DNA of 17,685 nucleotides, from assembly GCA_964458565.1 (NCBI GenBank), contig CAYWJO010000061.1:1-17685 (forward strand), written 5' to 3'. The first letter of the stretch is position 1; every line of letters starts with the position of its first letter. The translations under genes were made by a program, and so were the position numbers. This DNA is from an uncultured archaeon (GTDB lineage Archaea > Asgardarchaeota > Thorarchaeia > Thorarchaeales > Thorarchaeaceae). Below, piece by piece: positions 16,569 to 17,685 of this stretch. A model generated the notes under the pieces. The model saw only the letters and a list, made by a program, of their open reading frames with translations, was not told the DNA's origin and searched no databases.

Positions 16569-16697
16569 ATGAATAGAATTAGAGATGTGAAAGAAACCTC
16601 CTACATGGACAGTGGCCTGCAGGCGGAAACCACCTGTAGTTACTGGGCCTCAATAGTAAACAACAATGAAGTATGTGAGCAATCCCTGACTATCTGA
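16569..16697 (+). pseudogene. Degenerate FN3 C-terminal-half relic (inverted relative to the large gene)
   Basis: Translates as MNRIRDVKETSYMDSGLQAETTCSYWASIVNNNE..., versus TTFTDSGLEPETTYSYRVSAVDEEGNE in FN3 #2. 16608-16661 matches the FN3 #2 coding strand at 39/54 nt. Confidence 0.7.
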
Positions 16698-16798
16698 TGA
16701 ATTCAAGCAAGTCCTATTATAAATGCGTGTACTCTAAATACGTATGTTTCGAATAAAAGAGTATATCAAGAAATCAGCTTTTTGGGTTGTGTGGTTGA

Positions 16799-16957
16799 AT
16801 GAAGTCCATCAAGGAACAGGTGCGAGAGCGAAGAGACAGGGAGCAGGTCCTCACCGCTATCCGCGCGAGGGCTCTTACAGGACTGGACACACTCAGAATA
16901 GGACTCATGTTATCAAATACTGCGTTGAAGGTGGCAGGGGATAAAAAGCATGAATGA
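16799..16957 (+). CDS. Small basic helical protein (52 aa), putative antitoxin/partner of the downstream nucleotidyltransferase
   Basis: MKSIKEQVRERRDREQVLTAIRARALTGLDTLRIGLMLSNTALKVAGDKKHE*. Overlaps the next start by 8 nt (ATGAATGA). Not in the ORF track because it is under 60 aa. Confidence 0.6.
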   Translation: MKSIKEQVRERRDREQVLTAIRARALTGLDTLRIGLMLSNTALKVAGDKKHE

Positions 16958-17504
16958 CATTGAAGAGGTCTTGAGATTGGTCTGTAATTTTCTTAACGAA
17001 CAGAACATGAGATATGTCATTGTTGGCGGCATTGCAGTGATGTTTCATGGAGTTCCTCGAACCACAGTGGATATCGATATCATCTTGGACATGAGTGATG
17101 CGGAGCTCAAGGAATTTACTGGGTTCCTCAAGAGAGAAAAGTTCAATGTTGATTATGATACTATGAGAGAATTGATACATGATGGAAGTCATAGTACTGT
17201 TTTTCTCCATGAGGGTCTGATCCGTTTAGACCTTCAAGGTGTAAATTCAGAGTTCGATCAGGAAACACTGGACAGAGCTATTGAGGTAAATTATTCTGAT
17301 TGTAACCTTAGAATAGGATCTGTTGAAGATACCTTGATCAACAAGCTCTACTTTCAGGGAGAACAGGATCTGAGAGATGCACTTGGGATTTACGCGCGTC
17401 ATAAGAGAGAATTAGATGAAGTGTACATTGCGGAGATGTGTAATGTTTTGGGAATACTCAAATCTTGGGTGAGCTTTAAAGAGAAATATGATGATATTGA
17501 ATGA
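16950..17504 (+). CDS. DNA pol beta-superfamily nucleotidyltransferase (DUF6036/AbiEii-like)
   Basis: YVIVGGIAVMFHGVPRTTVDIDI (GG.A...G..R.T.D.D) and C-terminal K.....EQDLRD motifs. Confidence 0.85.
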   Translation: MNDIEEVLRLVCNFLNEQNMRYVIVGGIAVMFHGVPRTTVDIDIILDMSDAELKEFTGFLKREKFNVDYDTMRELIHDGSHSTVFLHEGLIRLDLQGVNSEFDQETLDRAIEVNYSDCNLRIGSVEDTLINKLYFQGEQDLRDALGIYARHKRELDEVYIAEMCNVLGILKSWVSFKEKYDDIE

Positions 17505-17685
17505 TTCTGAATTGTGATCGACCCGTTTCTTTATCAAATTCCGCAATCATGAGAGGATGGTTCATTCCTCAAGACATATCTGACCTGACACCACCTCAGG
17601 TTCAAGGACCAGTCGCCACCACGGTCTCCTACGAGGAGATCCGTGTCAACTGGACAGCGAGCTCATCCAGCCACGACCACTACAA
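17501..17685 (+). CDS. Partial ORF running off the window, encoding the start of an FN3 domain
   Basis: The ATG at 17501 overlaps the NTase stop (ATGA), with an alternative ATG at 17549. Reads ...SDLTPPQVQGPVATTVSYEEIRVNWTASSSSHDHY, versus GNPPDEVEDVTATTLSHDEIEVAWTGIEELDMDHY in FN3 #2. GC-rich. Confidence 0.65.
   Translation, partial: MILNCDRPVSLSNSAIMRGWFIPQDISDLTPPQVQGPVATTVSYEEIRVNWTASSSSHDHY

Noticed and set aside
16561-16645. Two apparent hairpins (CATCTCT..AGAGATG and a G-U-rich stem at 16610-16645) suggesting an ncRNA or SECIS element
   Set aside because: No AUGA/GA SECIS core and no selenoprotein-like gene nearby. The segment is better explained as a decayed FN3-coding relic.
16744-16944. 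66-aa ORF from the ORF track
   Set aside because: Low-plausibility composition. The overlapping 52-aa frame (16799-16957) is coupled to the NTase and is more protein-like.
271-17210. Remaining short ORF-track entries nested in or antisense to the called genes (e.g. 271-558, 1744-1998, 7701-8102, 10159-10503, 13113-13343, 16905-17210)
   Set aside because: Shadow ORFs overlapping well-supported genes, with no recognisable motifs.

Overview
Archaeal window, inferred to be Asgard and probably Thorarchaeia-like from its longin/roadblock proteins, FrhB-family protein, THEP1 NTPase, HerA and Ig-repeat surface protein. The left part (1-10.6 kb) holds a partial HerA-like ATPase, ribA, a ferredoxin-FrhB (FpoF-like) protein, a THEP1 NTPase and a surface glycoprotein. 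It also holds three longin-fold proteins surrounding an MFS-like membrane protein fused to an HhH domain. The right part (10.7-17.7 kb) is an accessory island that looks like a polymorphic toxin or allorecognition system. Its core is a secreted 1275-aa protein: caspase/gingipain-like HG...AC domain, poly-Pro, two beta-sandwich repeats, two FN3 domains and a hydrophobic multi-helix tip. It is followed by a small 3-TM gene, then a start-less alternative tip carrying a 53-bp near-identical GC-rich copy of the FN3-coding DNA, then a second small 3-TM gene. Recombination between the two repeats would swap tips in frame. Two further FN3-coding pieces on the opposite strand, absent from the ORF track, flank a small-protein plus nucleotidyltransferase (TA-like) pair. 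No tRNA, rRNA, CRISPR array, transposase or integrase was recognised.
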